Virus record (IMG/VR): IMGVR_UViG_3300012971_000044
Span: 1-35,670 of that record
Reading direction: 5' to 3' (one strand)
DNA: 35,670 bases
Source: a virus
Taxonomy: Duplodnaviria; Caudoviricetes
This document shows positions 27,533 through 35,042 of the stretch, piece by piece; position 1 is the first letter of the stretch; every line of letters begins with the position of its first letter. The notes below the pieces were generated by a model. It was not told the origin of the DNA. It did not search any database and saw only the letters and a list, made by a program, of their open reading frames with translations. The translations under genes were made by a program, and so were the position numbers.

Positions 27533-28362
27533 TCACCTTCTTTCTTCTCGTCTTTAGTCTCAGGCTCTAGTTTCACGCCTTCTACGATGTCCCACATTGA
27601 AGTGAGACTTGGGTTCTCTAGTGAGTTACCGAGAACCTTTGTCCTATCTTTACCTAGGACACGATCCGAACCTACAACTTGTAGCGTTCGTGTTATATCA
27701 CCTCCCCGATTTCGGGCACGATAGTAGCCCACAACGTCAAAGAAACCTGGGACTTCGCGCACAAGTTTGCCAGCAAAGCCCGGACGATACTTGTCAGGTT
27801 CGTTGTCCCGTTGATCTATACCCAAAGCACCTGTGCAAATGAAGTGGCATGGCAAGTCTTTGAAAGCGCGGGTGATGAGGCGGATATGATTTCTGACAAT
27901 TCCCCACTCTCTAGGCGAGGGAACGTCAATATCAACACGATCCGGGTTACGGTTATACGCATCTTTCATCACCTTCCGCATATCAAGATCAGCTAGCTCA
28001 GTCAATGAATCAATGCCCATTGACTTCCACGGCAGTTTCCCGTTTTCTATGCTATGGTACAGCATATTGTATTTGTCCTCAACCTCAGAGATTGAGCGTA
28101 CCTTGATGATGTCGATACCTGGCTTATCACGCAACGTCATCATGCCACCCTCAACGTCGAAGATAAGCATAGGTCGCAAACGCTCATCATCCTCTGCTGT
28201 ACCAAGAAAATACGTCTTACCTACACCCGGTTCACCGTAGAGAAATATGTTCATCCACTCGACAATCTCCACAGGTGATGTAACTTGCAGTTTCGCACGT
28301 AGCTCGTCACTACCAGCATCTTTCACCTGTGCGGGTTTTCTAGTTCGAGCCGCTGTTGCCAT
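27529..28362 (-). CDS. Sak4-like AAA ATPase (recombinase)
   Basis: FLYGEPGVGKT, FDVEGG, IDSLTE, FFDVVGY, KDR; ATG 28362 after GGAGG. Confidence 0.87.
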   Translation of the reverse strand: MATAARTRKPAQVKDAGSDELRAKLQVTSPVEIVEWMNIFLYGEPGVGKTYFLGTAEDDERLRPMLIFDVEGGMMTLRDKPGIDIIKVRSISEVEDKYNMLYHSIENGKLPWKSMGIDSLTELADLDMRKVMKDAYNRNPDRVDIDVPSPREWGIVRNHIRLITRAFKDLPCHFICTGALGIDQRDNEPDKYRPGFAGKLVREVPGFFDVVGYYRARNRGGDITRTLQVVGSDRVLGKDRTKVLGNSLENPSLTSMWDIVEGVKLEPETKDEKKEGE

Positions 28363-28624
28363 TCGTTTCCTCCACTCTACCCGCAACTTGAACGTGGTAT
28401 CCGTTGTCCACACAAATCTTTGAGAGTTGATACATAGCGTGTGGAGTGCAGAGAGCTATCCCGTTTACAGTATACATGGCTTTAGCGATGTTACTAGGAC
28501 AGAACGTACAATAGCCAGGACGTGTGAGTACGCCAAGCGGCCCTTTGTGTTCAAGTGATTGCGTCGTCCTGTTCTGTATCGCTTTCAGGCGTTGTATCGT
28601 CTTGTCGTCCAGCGGCACTATCAT
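28340..28624 (-). CDS. Hypothetical Zn-binding protein
   Basis: CTFC...CTPH; start preceded by AAGAGGGG. Confidence 0.6.
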   Translation of the reverse strand: MIVPLDDKTIQRLKAIQNRTTQSLEHKGPLGVLTRPGYCTFCPSNIAKAMYTVNGIALCTPHAMYQLSKICVDNGYHVQVAGRVEETNGNSGSN

Positions 28625-28817
28625 CCCCTTCTTCCACTAGTTTACCATCCTCGTAGATTGGCACATCGCTGAATATCTTTCTTGATGTTGCTATCGCATC
28701 GGCGTGATTTTGATAGCCTTCTGAGCTAGACACAATCTCGTTGTTTCCAGCGATACGATGGAAATACCACAAACCTTCTACACCCCTGAAAATCTCCACT
28801 CTTTCACCAGTAGGCAT
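28551..28817 (-). CDS. YegP/DUF1508-like protein
   Basis: EIFRGVEGLWYFHRIAGNNEIVSSSEGYQNHADA fits the family pattern. Confidence 0.75.
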   Translation of the reverse strand: MPTGERVEIFRGVEGLWYFHRIAGNNEIVSSSEGYQNHADAIATSRKIFSDVPIYEDGKLVEEGDDSAAGRQDDTTPESDTEQDDAIT

Positions 28818-30083
28818 TTACCTGTCCTTTGCGTGGTGGTAGTTGTTCTCTACGAGAAACTCCCAATCTTCGCCAGCCTCCATAGCCATGCAAGGTGGGC
28901 GGAATTGACAGTTGATGCAATCCCACGACTTTCTAAGATTGGGATATATCCTGATGTCAGGATTGAGCATATCAAGTGCTTCAAGATATATTCTCTCACC
29001 TGCCGATCGAAGTTGGTGCCTGTTACGACGGACGAGTTTACGTACAAAGAACTGCTCGTCTCCAACTTCTCTAACCCAATCGAAATATCCCTGGTGTTTC
29101 TCGTCAAGATCCATGTAAGATATGTCTGCGTCACGCATCCATTCCTGCAACATCTCAAACGTGGTCGATTCGTTGTTTCTATCGACACTGAACATACCTC
29201 CACGAACTGTCGTAGGAGGTTTTGGTGAAGCTTTACGAAGAACGTTGTAGATCAGTTCTTCCATAGGTTCACCCGCATGAGGCAAGTCATAGTAGGATGC
29301 TTCTATCTCAGCAGCCCACAAATACGTAGTAACTTGCTCGTCACTCTCTAGCTTCAAGTCAAGCTCGGAATCCATCTTGTCTGCGGTCTTATGATCTATC
29401 AAGCCAAGCCTACCATTAGGCTTAGCATAGAACGCATCAATACGACCGCGACTATGGACTTCCAACATCTTGCCATAGTTGGGTGACTGTTCTCTTACGT
29501 CTCTAGCTTTGAGGATACAGTCATTCTCGTAGTCCCATATAGGAACAGAGAAATCATGCTCGGCTACGATAACCTCGAAGCCGTCATACTCATTAGCGAA
29601 ACGTTTGTAGTTCTCCAACATACCGATACCAAGCTCACGCATCTCAGTAAACTCATACTCGTCAGCATCGGGAAGTATCTCCTGCAAACCTCGCACCAGA
29701 AACACGTCCAATCCCGGCGCATTATCTGCGTCGGGCACCCTTATGGGTGATAGATCGTAAACCTTATCCAACCAATCAGCGGTAACTGTACCGCCCATCC
29801 ATTGAATATCAAACCATGTCTTGAAAGCCTCTACAGGATCACGACGTAAGCCTGGAGTATACCAGCATTCCAGTCCGTAGTGAATACCTGTACCTAAAAA
29901 GAACGGGTGGTATACACCACCAACGTCAGCCTTAATAGTTAGGCTTTGTCTTGCTGGACTAGACCAATCCCACTTACGTCTACAAGCTTTGAATGTCGCC
30001 CTATCCGAGTTGTGAATAGGGATGACATCATACTTGCTAGGGATTTCTGGCGGAGTCCAGACTGGTGCTATTTCGGTGGAAAT
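28818..30083 (-). CDS. Cas4/AddB-like PD-(D/E)xK exonuclease (about 421 aa, non-canonical ATT start)
   Basis: The frame is open 95 codons upstream of the track's ATG 29798 and holds HNSDRATFKACRRKW and LGTGIHYGLE. Core GRIDAF...IDHKT; C-terminal CINCQFRPPC. Confidence 0.85.
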   Translation of the reverse strand: MSTEIAPVWTPPEIPSKYDVIPIHNSDRATFKACRRKWDWSSPARQSLTIKADVGGVYHPFFLGTGIHYGLECWYTPGLRRDPVEAFKTWFDIQWMGGTVTADWLDKVYDLSPIRVPDADNAPGLDVFLVRGLQEILPDADEYEFTEMRELGIGMLENYKRFANEYDGFEVIVAEHDFSVPIWDYENDCILKARDVREQSPNYGKMLEVHSRGRIDAFYAKPNGRLGLIDHKTADKMDSELDLKLESDEQVTTYLWAAEIEASYYDLPHAGEPMEELIYNVLRKASPKPPTTVRGGMFSVDRNNESTTFEMLQEWMRDADISYMDLDEKHQGYFDWVREVGDEQFFVRKLVRRNRHQLRSAGERIYLEALDMLNPDIRIYPNLRKSWDCINCQFRPPCMAMEAGEDWEFLVENNYHHAKDR

Positions 30084-30138
30084 AAAAACTTCTCCCGTTC
30101 CTGCGATTTCCCGCTAATTGGCGGGACGTGAATGGACT

Positions 30139-30167
30139 ACCCTATCACACGCGGGAAGCCGTGTCAA
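30139..30167 (-). promoter_or_regulatory. Sigma70/HrdB-type promoter for the recombination operon
   Basis: TTGACA-17 nt-TAGGGT with an extended -10 TG. Confidence 0.75.
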
Positions 30168-30352
30168 GCACTAGTTTTCTCAAAAGCTACGACTCTGCTA
30201 GGATCTGGTGAAACGGCATCAAGTAGAGCATGAGTAGCTTCGGCATCTGACTCATACGTACCGTACAAGTGCCAGCCAACGAATACCTGGAAATCAGTCT
30301 TACCAGTGATCGGATCGTAATGCGGCTGAGTATAGTTACCGCCCAACTTCAT
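30164..30352 (-). CDS. Hypothetical protein
   Basis: 62 aa, RBS GGGAGG. Confidence 0.6.
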   Translation of the reverse strand: MKLGGNYTQPHYDPITGKTDFQVFVGWHLYGTYESDAEATHALLDAVSPDPSRVVAFEKTSA

Positions 30353-30354
30353 AG

Positions 30355-30537
30355 CTACGCCCTCCCTGCTAGCTTACGAAACATATTGCGCCACTTCTGC
30401 TCACTGTGAATTGCCGCCTTTAACATCTTACGTGCCAACGTATCGTTATGGCGCAACTTCCACAATGCAGCGATCGTGCCTTTAGCCTCGGGTGTTAGAC
30501 CTGACGGCTTAACGTTTAATGGAGCCTGATTCGACAC
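30355..30537 (-). CDS. Hypothetical basic protein
   Basis: 60 aa, GTG start, fills the gap between neighbours. Confidence 0.5.
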   Translation of the reverse strand: MSNQAPLNVKPSGLTPEAKGTIAALWKLRHNDTLARKMLKAAIHSEQKWRNMFRKLAGRA

Positions 30538-30673
30538 CGTACAGTAGCCTCATCTGTTTGTTAGCGGTTTCTTTGTCAGGCATACAACCGTGAATTTTAC
30601 CAGTGTCAGTATTGACAACGGCATACGGTTTGCCTGCTGGACACTTGCTAGATTTCATTACCTTGTAAGGCAT
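30509..30673 (-). CDS. 54-aa phage protein (missed by the ORF track)
   Basis: MPYKVMKSSKCPAGKPYAVVNTDTGKIHGCMPDKETANKQMRLLYGVESGSIKR*. Resembles a recurrent small phage family; RBS AAGGCGGTG. Confidence 0.75.
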   Translation of the reverse strand: MPYKVMKSSKCPAGKPYAVVNTDTGKIHGCMPDKETANKQMRLLYGVESGSIKR

Positions 30674-30692
30674 CATCACCGCCTTAACGATT

Positions 30693-30735
30693 ATCGGGGG
30701 AGTAGCTGGCTAGGTGACTACTCCCCCGATTTTTT
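30693..30735. terminator. 13-bp perfect hairpin
   Basis: ATCGGGGGAGTAG/CTACTCCCCCGAT; the T run lies on the + strand. Confidence 0.65.
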
Positions 30736-30804
30736 AGTTACTTACGAGTGCCCGCCGATAACACCAGATCCAAGCCGCAGTTTCTTTGTCATTCAACCAC
30801 CCCC

Positions 30805-31005
30805 TCAACAAACACAATGGTTGGTAAGCTCAAGAAAGTATGCGCTAGGTTCTTTCTCGTTGGAATATCGAACAGAAGTCCAACCCCGCATAGTACCAGC
30901 AGGTTCCAATCTCACGACTAGTTTGACACCACGCGCTCCTGCACGTCGTCGCATAGACTGTAACGTACAGAAACTACACCTAGTCAGTTCACTCAAAGGA
31001 ATCAC
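30805..31005 (-). CDS. Hypothetical Cys-containing protein
   Basis: CSFC...HCVC; overlaps the upstream gene end. Confidence 0.55.
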   Translation of the reverse strand: MIPLSELTRCSFCTLQSMRRRAGARGVKLVVRLEPAGTMRGWTSVRYSNEKEPSAYFLELTNHCVC

Positions 31006-31186
31006 TTTCCATCCATCTTGTGTAGGCTGCTACGTGTTCAGGATATACCTGACTGATGATCGTGCGGTTACGTTCATCAGCTTTAGCGATAAGCCTCAGA
31101 AGCTGTGCGCTAAAGTTACTACCACGACCAGCCATTATCTGAGCAACGTGCAATCTATCGTATTCAGACAGTTTACCAAAGATCAC
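30989..31186 (-). CDS. Hypothetical phage protein
   Basis: GSNFSAQLLRLIAKADERN...YPE; GTGA overlap. Confidence 0.65.
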   Translation of the reverse strand: MIFGKLSEYDRLHVAQIMAGRGSNFSAQLLRLIAKADERNRTIISQVYPEHVAAYTRWMESDSFE

Positions 31187-31407
31187 GAGTAATCTTCCAT
31201 GTGTCGCTTGGCTACCATATCAGCCAGCTTCACGATCAGCCTGCCACCAAGCGAACCAGCAGCAACACTGATAGTTCTCTGACCTCTGCCACTTACGGCA
31301 TAGAACAGTTGAATGGCGTGACGCCGATCGCGTGGAATGGTCAGATGTATGACATTGATGTCTTTGCCTACAACCTTACGATGTCGCATAGCAGGGTCAG
31401 GATACAT
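31183..31407 (-). CDS. Hypothetical protein
   Basis: 74 aa; RBS region AAACGGGAGAAAAATG. Confidence 0.65.
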   Translation of the reverse strand: MYPDPAMRHRKVVGKDINVIHLTIPRDRRHAIQLFYAVSGRGQRTISVAAGSLGGRLIVKLADMVAKRHMEDYS

Positions 31408-31618
31408 TTTTCTCCCGTTTCTTTTGTTCTATCACTTCGATCAATCCTGTGCGGCGGTTATGTTGAAAGAGGCGCCAAGCAAGATAACGTGTAACTTCTC
31501 CACGATTATTGATGTTGCCTTTGAATCCATCATTGAGAACGAGAGTCTTAACCTCATGCCATTCTAGCATCCCTGACATGAAGTTAGCCTCATCTACGTT
31601 ATCTTGCTTAGTCGCCAT
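31397..31618 (-). CDS. Hypothetical protein
   Basis: MATKQDN..., ATG 31618 after GGAG, overlapping the helicase stop. Confidence 0.6.
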   Translation of the reverse strand: MATKQDNVDEANFMSGMLEWHEVKTLVLNDGFKGNINNRGEVTRYLAWRLFQHNRRTGLIEVIEQKKREKNVS

Positions 31619-33311
31619 TTTGCAGCTCCGCATCGTCAGTCTCGTCAGCACCGAAGATTGACTTGAACCAGCTACCCTTCTCTTGCACCGTACCCAAGAC
31701 ACGATAGTCCACTGTGCCTTCTGCACGAATGTAGATTAGCTGTGATGCTCCGGTCTGACCAGGACGATAGATACGACCGATAGCCTGCTTGTTCTTAGCT
31801 GGCGACCAATCTTGATCTAGGAAGATAGCCCTGTGAGCCTTAGACAAGTTGATAGACTCACTACCAACCCCCAACGTACAGAGAAACACCTGATAGTCAC
31901 CAGTCCACCACTTCTCATGCCATAGATCGTAACGCTGCGTCTCACTCATATCCGCAGTTAGATGCAGATACGTGATACCAGCTTTCTCCAATCGCTTCTT
32001 GAGCAACTGTAGTGGCTGCTTGAAGCAGGAGAATACGACCACTTGATCCTTACGCTCACTATCCCACTCTAGCGACTCGATGATTTCCATAGCCGCATCA
32101 AGCTTTGAGCTAGGCTCAGTTAGTTCGACTTCAATCACACGACGTTCTTCCTTATCAGACCACTCATCACGCAGAACCTTAGGAGTTGCCACACTGATCT
32201 GCCTCAGTCTAGTTAGCGCAGACAGAACAGTAGGACTATGCAACGGAACACCCTGAGCATCCAACGCAGACAGATACTTCACGATACCGTCATACATCTT
32301 CTGCTGTGCAGGGCTGAGACTTACAGGAACGACAGTCTCAATCGGTTCTGTAATGTCAGGGAAGCATTCAATCATCGTGCGACGAATGCCGACACGTCTG
32401 ACAAGTGCCTTAAACTCATCTTCCTTGTCAGGCTTGATACCCACGATCTTCTTGTAACCTCCTACGAAGTCCTGTTCGCAGAAGTAATCGCGGAATGCCC
32501 AGTAACCAGTCCCACCCACGATTTCAGCATGAGGACTGTTCTTACGACCACTGTACGTGAAGTCAAGCAGACTCCAGATTTCAGCGGGATTGTTCACGAA
32601 TCCAGTTCCAGTCATCACAAACTTGTGAGCAGACTTTAGCTTCTTGATGTTGCGAGTCCACTGACTGTCAGGATTCTTGATCCTGTGTGCCTCATCCACG
32701 AAGATAGCATCCCAATGCTTAGTCATCAGAATCTCGTTTAGTGGGTGAGTCATCTCATACGTACCATCTTCTTCACCAGTCTCAGGATCGACGTGCATCA
32801 CGTTACGCATCATAGGCTTACCCTTACTGTCAAGCCTAGGCTCGCCATTCTCCCTAAAGACCTGTTCTTGAACAGGCTGTGGTAGACACTGACGATTGGT
32901 GAAGCAGTTGTAGTGAGCAAGCACTACAACCGGACGGAAGTAGAGAGGATCAGGAAGCTCAACCTTCTTGTTGTATCGGGTAATCACCTTACCACCCAAT
33001 ACCATCTGGAATCCTTTAGCTGTAGCAACGAACGTATCCCACTCAGGTAGGACTTCGTGCAACGACTCCAGATATGCTCCCTTACCAGTCTTAGTGGTAA
33101 TCACCAAGACGCGAGGATTAGGGATATGCCTTAGCTTTGTCTCCCAAAGCCACTCAGCAGTAGTAGTTTTGAAAGTACCCATTTCATTCCATAGGGCACC
33201 TTCATCCTGCTCTGCCAGAATCCCAATGTCATTGATTTGGAACTCTGCCTTCTGAAACTTGCCAGAGGGCTTAGGCTTCAAGATTGGCTGTCTTGATAGA
33301 CTTGCCTCCAA
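31608..33311 (-). CDS. SNF2-family DNA helicase
   Basis: NEMGTFKT, VDEAHRIKN, MTGT, SESINL, QAIGRIYRPGQ. Confidence 0.92.
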   Translation of the reverse strand: MEASLSRQPILKPKPSGKFQKAEFQINDIGILAEQDEGALWNEMGTFKTTTAEWLWETKLRHIPNPRVLVITTKTGKGAYLESLHEVLPEWDTFVATAKGFQMVLGGKVITRYNKKVELPDPLYFRPVVVLAHYNCFTNRQCLPQPVQEQVFRENGEPRLDSKGKPMMRNVMHVDPETGEEDGTYEMTHPLNEILMTKHWDAIFVDEAHRIKNPDSQWTRNIKKLKSAHKFVMTGTGFVNNPAEIWSLLDFTYSGRKNSPHAEIVGGTGYWAFRDYFCEQDFVGGYKKIVGIKPDKEDEFKALVRRVGIRRTMIECFPDITEPIETVVPVSLSPAQQKMYDGIVKYLSALDAQGVPLHSPTVLSALTRLRQISVATPKVLRDEWSDKEERRVIEVELTEPSSKLDAAMEIIESLEWDSERKDQVVVFSCFKQPLQLLKKRLEKAGITYLHLTADMSETQRYDLWHEKWWTGDYQVFLCTLGVGSESINLSKAHRAIFLDQDWSPAKNKQAIGRIYRPGQTGASQLIYIRAEGTVDYRVLGTVQEKGSWFKSIFGADETDDAELQNGD

Positions 33312-33745
33312 CGTTCACCATCCAATCTCCCGTTAGGATATATGATTGTGTGTGGTACTTTACGCTTTCGCGCAAACCTGTACGTTGCCCAAGTACCTGA
33401 ACGTAATACCTCAGTATCATTCTTTGGGCCAACTATGATATAATCGCTTGCTCGCACAATGTCCTGATTACGAACAGAGTAGGTCTGTGGTGTTTCCATT
33501 AGATCACCACGACATAACGCACGATGCTTACTCTGGACAGGTGGGAATATGCGAATCTTGTAGCCGATACCCTTAGCTACGTCGTGACAGATTGCATCCC
33601 AACCTTCACAATCACCATGTGCGAGCCAGCACTCACCCTTAGGAGAGTACCGATTGTAAATCTTTTGGAGTAGGACACCAAGTTGTCTAGCCTGTGCGGG
33701 TGTTATCTTCTGGACGCTTCGCGTACCAGTCACACCTACCGTTAT
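33278..33745 (-). CDS. SLOG/DprA-like Rossmann-fold protein (possible ATA start)
   Basis: (I)TVGVTGTR, HGDCEGWD, RNQDIV, RSGTWAT. Confidence 0.75.
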   Translation of the reverse strand: MTVGVTGTRSVQKITPAQARQLGVLLQKIYNRYSPKGECWLAHGDCEGWDAICHDVAKGIGYKIRIFPPVQSKHRALCRGDLMETPQTYSVRNQDIVRASDYIIVGPKNDTEVLRSGTWATYRFARKRKVPHTIIYPNGRLDGERWRQVYQDSQS

Positions 33746-34131
33746 TGCGACAACTCGCTTAGCACTATCGCTAGTGCTGTCGTCTTGGTGTGTCCTTTCT
33801 TCTGATACAGGTATATGTAGCGACGACTGTATTTCCTACACTCCTTTGTCTTACGACAAAACACAGACGCGCGTGGGCCGTGTTTGATAACACCGCCGCA
33901 TACTACACACGTAGGTCTGTGCCCGTTTTTGGGATCAGCAAGAATGCTAATCGCTTGTGATACATTATCTGCTTGTCCCGTTACTATATAGTGTTCTAGC
34001 GAGTTAGCATTTATCGCTAGATACCCTACGTGTGGATTGTTAAAGACGACTGGCTTACTACAGTTCTCACACCAGCCTGTAAACTCGTCTAGTTGATCTA
34101 CTGACGTACCACAGTTCGGACATACTTCCAT
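33742..34131 (-). CDS. Multi-CxxC zinc-finger protein
   Basis: CPNC, CENC, CVVC, C..C. ATG 34131 is preferred because TTG 34164 lies inside a hairpin. Confidence 0.65.
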   Translation of the reverse strand: MEVCPNCGTSVDQLDEFTGWCENCSKPVVFNNPHVGYLAINANSLEHYIVTGQADNVSQAISILADPKNGHRPTCVVCGGVIKHGPRASVFCRKTKECRKYSRRYIYLYQKKGHTKTTALAIVLSELSQ

Positions 34132-34143
34132 CTGTGATAACTG

Positions 34144-34245
34144 TGGCGGGTAGGGGGAGCGCAAATGCCGCAGCTTCTGCGCTACTCCCCTAATCCGCCA
34201 GGGTCAGCATTTCGGTGGAAACGGGAGAAACCACCGAGCGCGACG
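34144..34245 (-). ncRNA. Putative two-hairpin small RNA or leader RNA
   Basis: Begins just after promoter 34251-34279. Hairpin 1: TCGGTGG/CCACCGA with loop TTTCTCCCGTTT. Hairpin 2 (34144-34200): TGGCGG, TAGGGG and AGCGCAGA stems. Confidence 0.55.
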
Positions 34246-34453
34246 AACTGATGGTAGCACAAAAGTTCGTCTGCGTCAAGGGGATATTCGTGACACTTTC
34301 ACGACTTACGTTATCAGTGTCAAGTCTCCACCACCAACGAAGCTCACCATCAACGATAAGCTCCACAGGAATATAGCCACGATCGAATAGACTATCTACA
34401 TAGTCCTCGCCCCAAGTGGCTATTTCCTTCTTTATGTATTCTTCTGCTGTCAT
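34190..34453 (-). CDS. Hypothetical protein
   Basis: RBS AAGGGGG; the N-terminal half looks protein-like, the tail overlaps the promoter and RNA element. Confidence 0.6.
   Translation of the reverse strand: MTAEEYIKKEIATWGEDYVDSLFDRGYIPVELIVDGELRWWWRLDTDNVSRESVTNIPLTQTNFCATISSSRSVVSPVSTEMLTLAD
34251..34279 (-). promoter_or_regulatory. Sigma70-type promoter overlapped by an 8-bp inverted repeat
   Basis: TTGACG-17 nt-TACCAT with TG extension. GACGAACT (34242-34249) and AGTTCGTC (34264-34271) flank the -10. Confidence 0.7.
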
Positions 34454-34469
34454 ATTAACAGCCCCCTTA

Positions 34470-34669
34470 GTAGAACGGTCATGTTATTGAGATACGCATT
34501 CTTCCTGATAAGAGGTAACGTAACTCATCCGGCCCGTTCTACACTTTATGGGTGTTGTGTCCCATACTGATACTCACTATTACTTAGGTTCCTATGCCTC
34601 ATGGGGAGAATAGGAGAATAGTGAGTATCAGTATGAGAGTCACGCAGGTGCCCTACGTGACTCCCATAC
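34470..34669 (-). ncRNA. Highly structured intergenic element (three long hairpins)
   Basis: Stems 34631-34669 (18 bp, two G-U on the - strand), 34563-34581/34617-34635 (19 bp perfect) and 34470-34478/34534-34542. Confidence 0.55.
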
Positions 34670-34684
34670 CTTAACTGAGTTAGA

Positions 34685-34984
34685 TCACTCAGCCTCAGCA
34701 CCGACAAGCTCGCGCACCATCGCGGAGTTGATGAGGAACACATCATCACCATCCACGATAACGTCGATCATATCGGCACCATCAGGAGCTTCCTTCTTAT
34801 CCTTCGCATTCTCGAAGCCCTGCTTGATAGTCGTAGCCTTCTTATCCTTCAACTGAGGCCACGTTTCCTTCACGTCCACGCCGTTCTCACCAGACTCCAG
34901 AAGCTCTGCGAGAAAAGCAGTATACAGACCCTTCGTGCGCCGCTTGGCATAGATTGCGGCGATCTTATCACTATCGAGTGCCAT
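34685..34984 (-). CDS. Hypothetical protein
   Basis: ATG 34984 after AAAGGAAG; an alternative TTG 35071 follows AACGGGAGG. Confidence 0.7.
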   Translation of the reverse strand: MALDSDKIAAIYAKRRTKGLYTAFLAELLESGENGVDVKETWPQLKDKKATTIKQGFENAKDKKEAPDGADMIDVIVDGDDVFLINSAMVRELVGAEAE

Positions 34985-35042
34985 GAACTTCCTTTCGTTT
35001 TTGTTGTCGTTGTGTGTTGCTTGTGGTTCTGTAGCTGGTTTG

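Noticed and set aside
28818-30083. CRISPR-Cas locus based on the Cas4-like nuclease
   Set aside because: No repeat-spacer array or other cas genes; the context is a Sak4/SSB recombination module.
30590-31192. 200-aa + strand ORF
   Set aside because: Antisense to several coupled - strand genes and runs through a terminator-like hairpin.
32740-32900. Intein or intron in the helicase insertion
   Set aside because: Only about 50 aa, in frame, and lacking intein terminal motifs; probably a surface loop.
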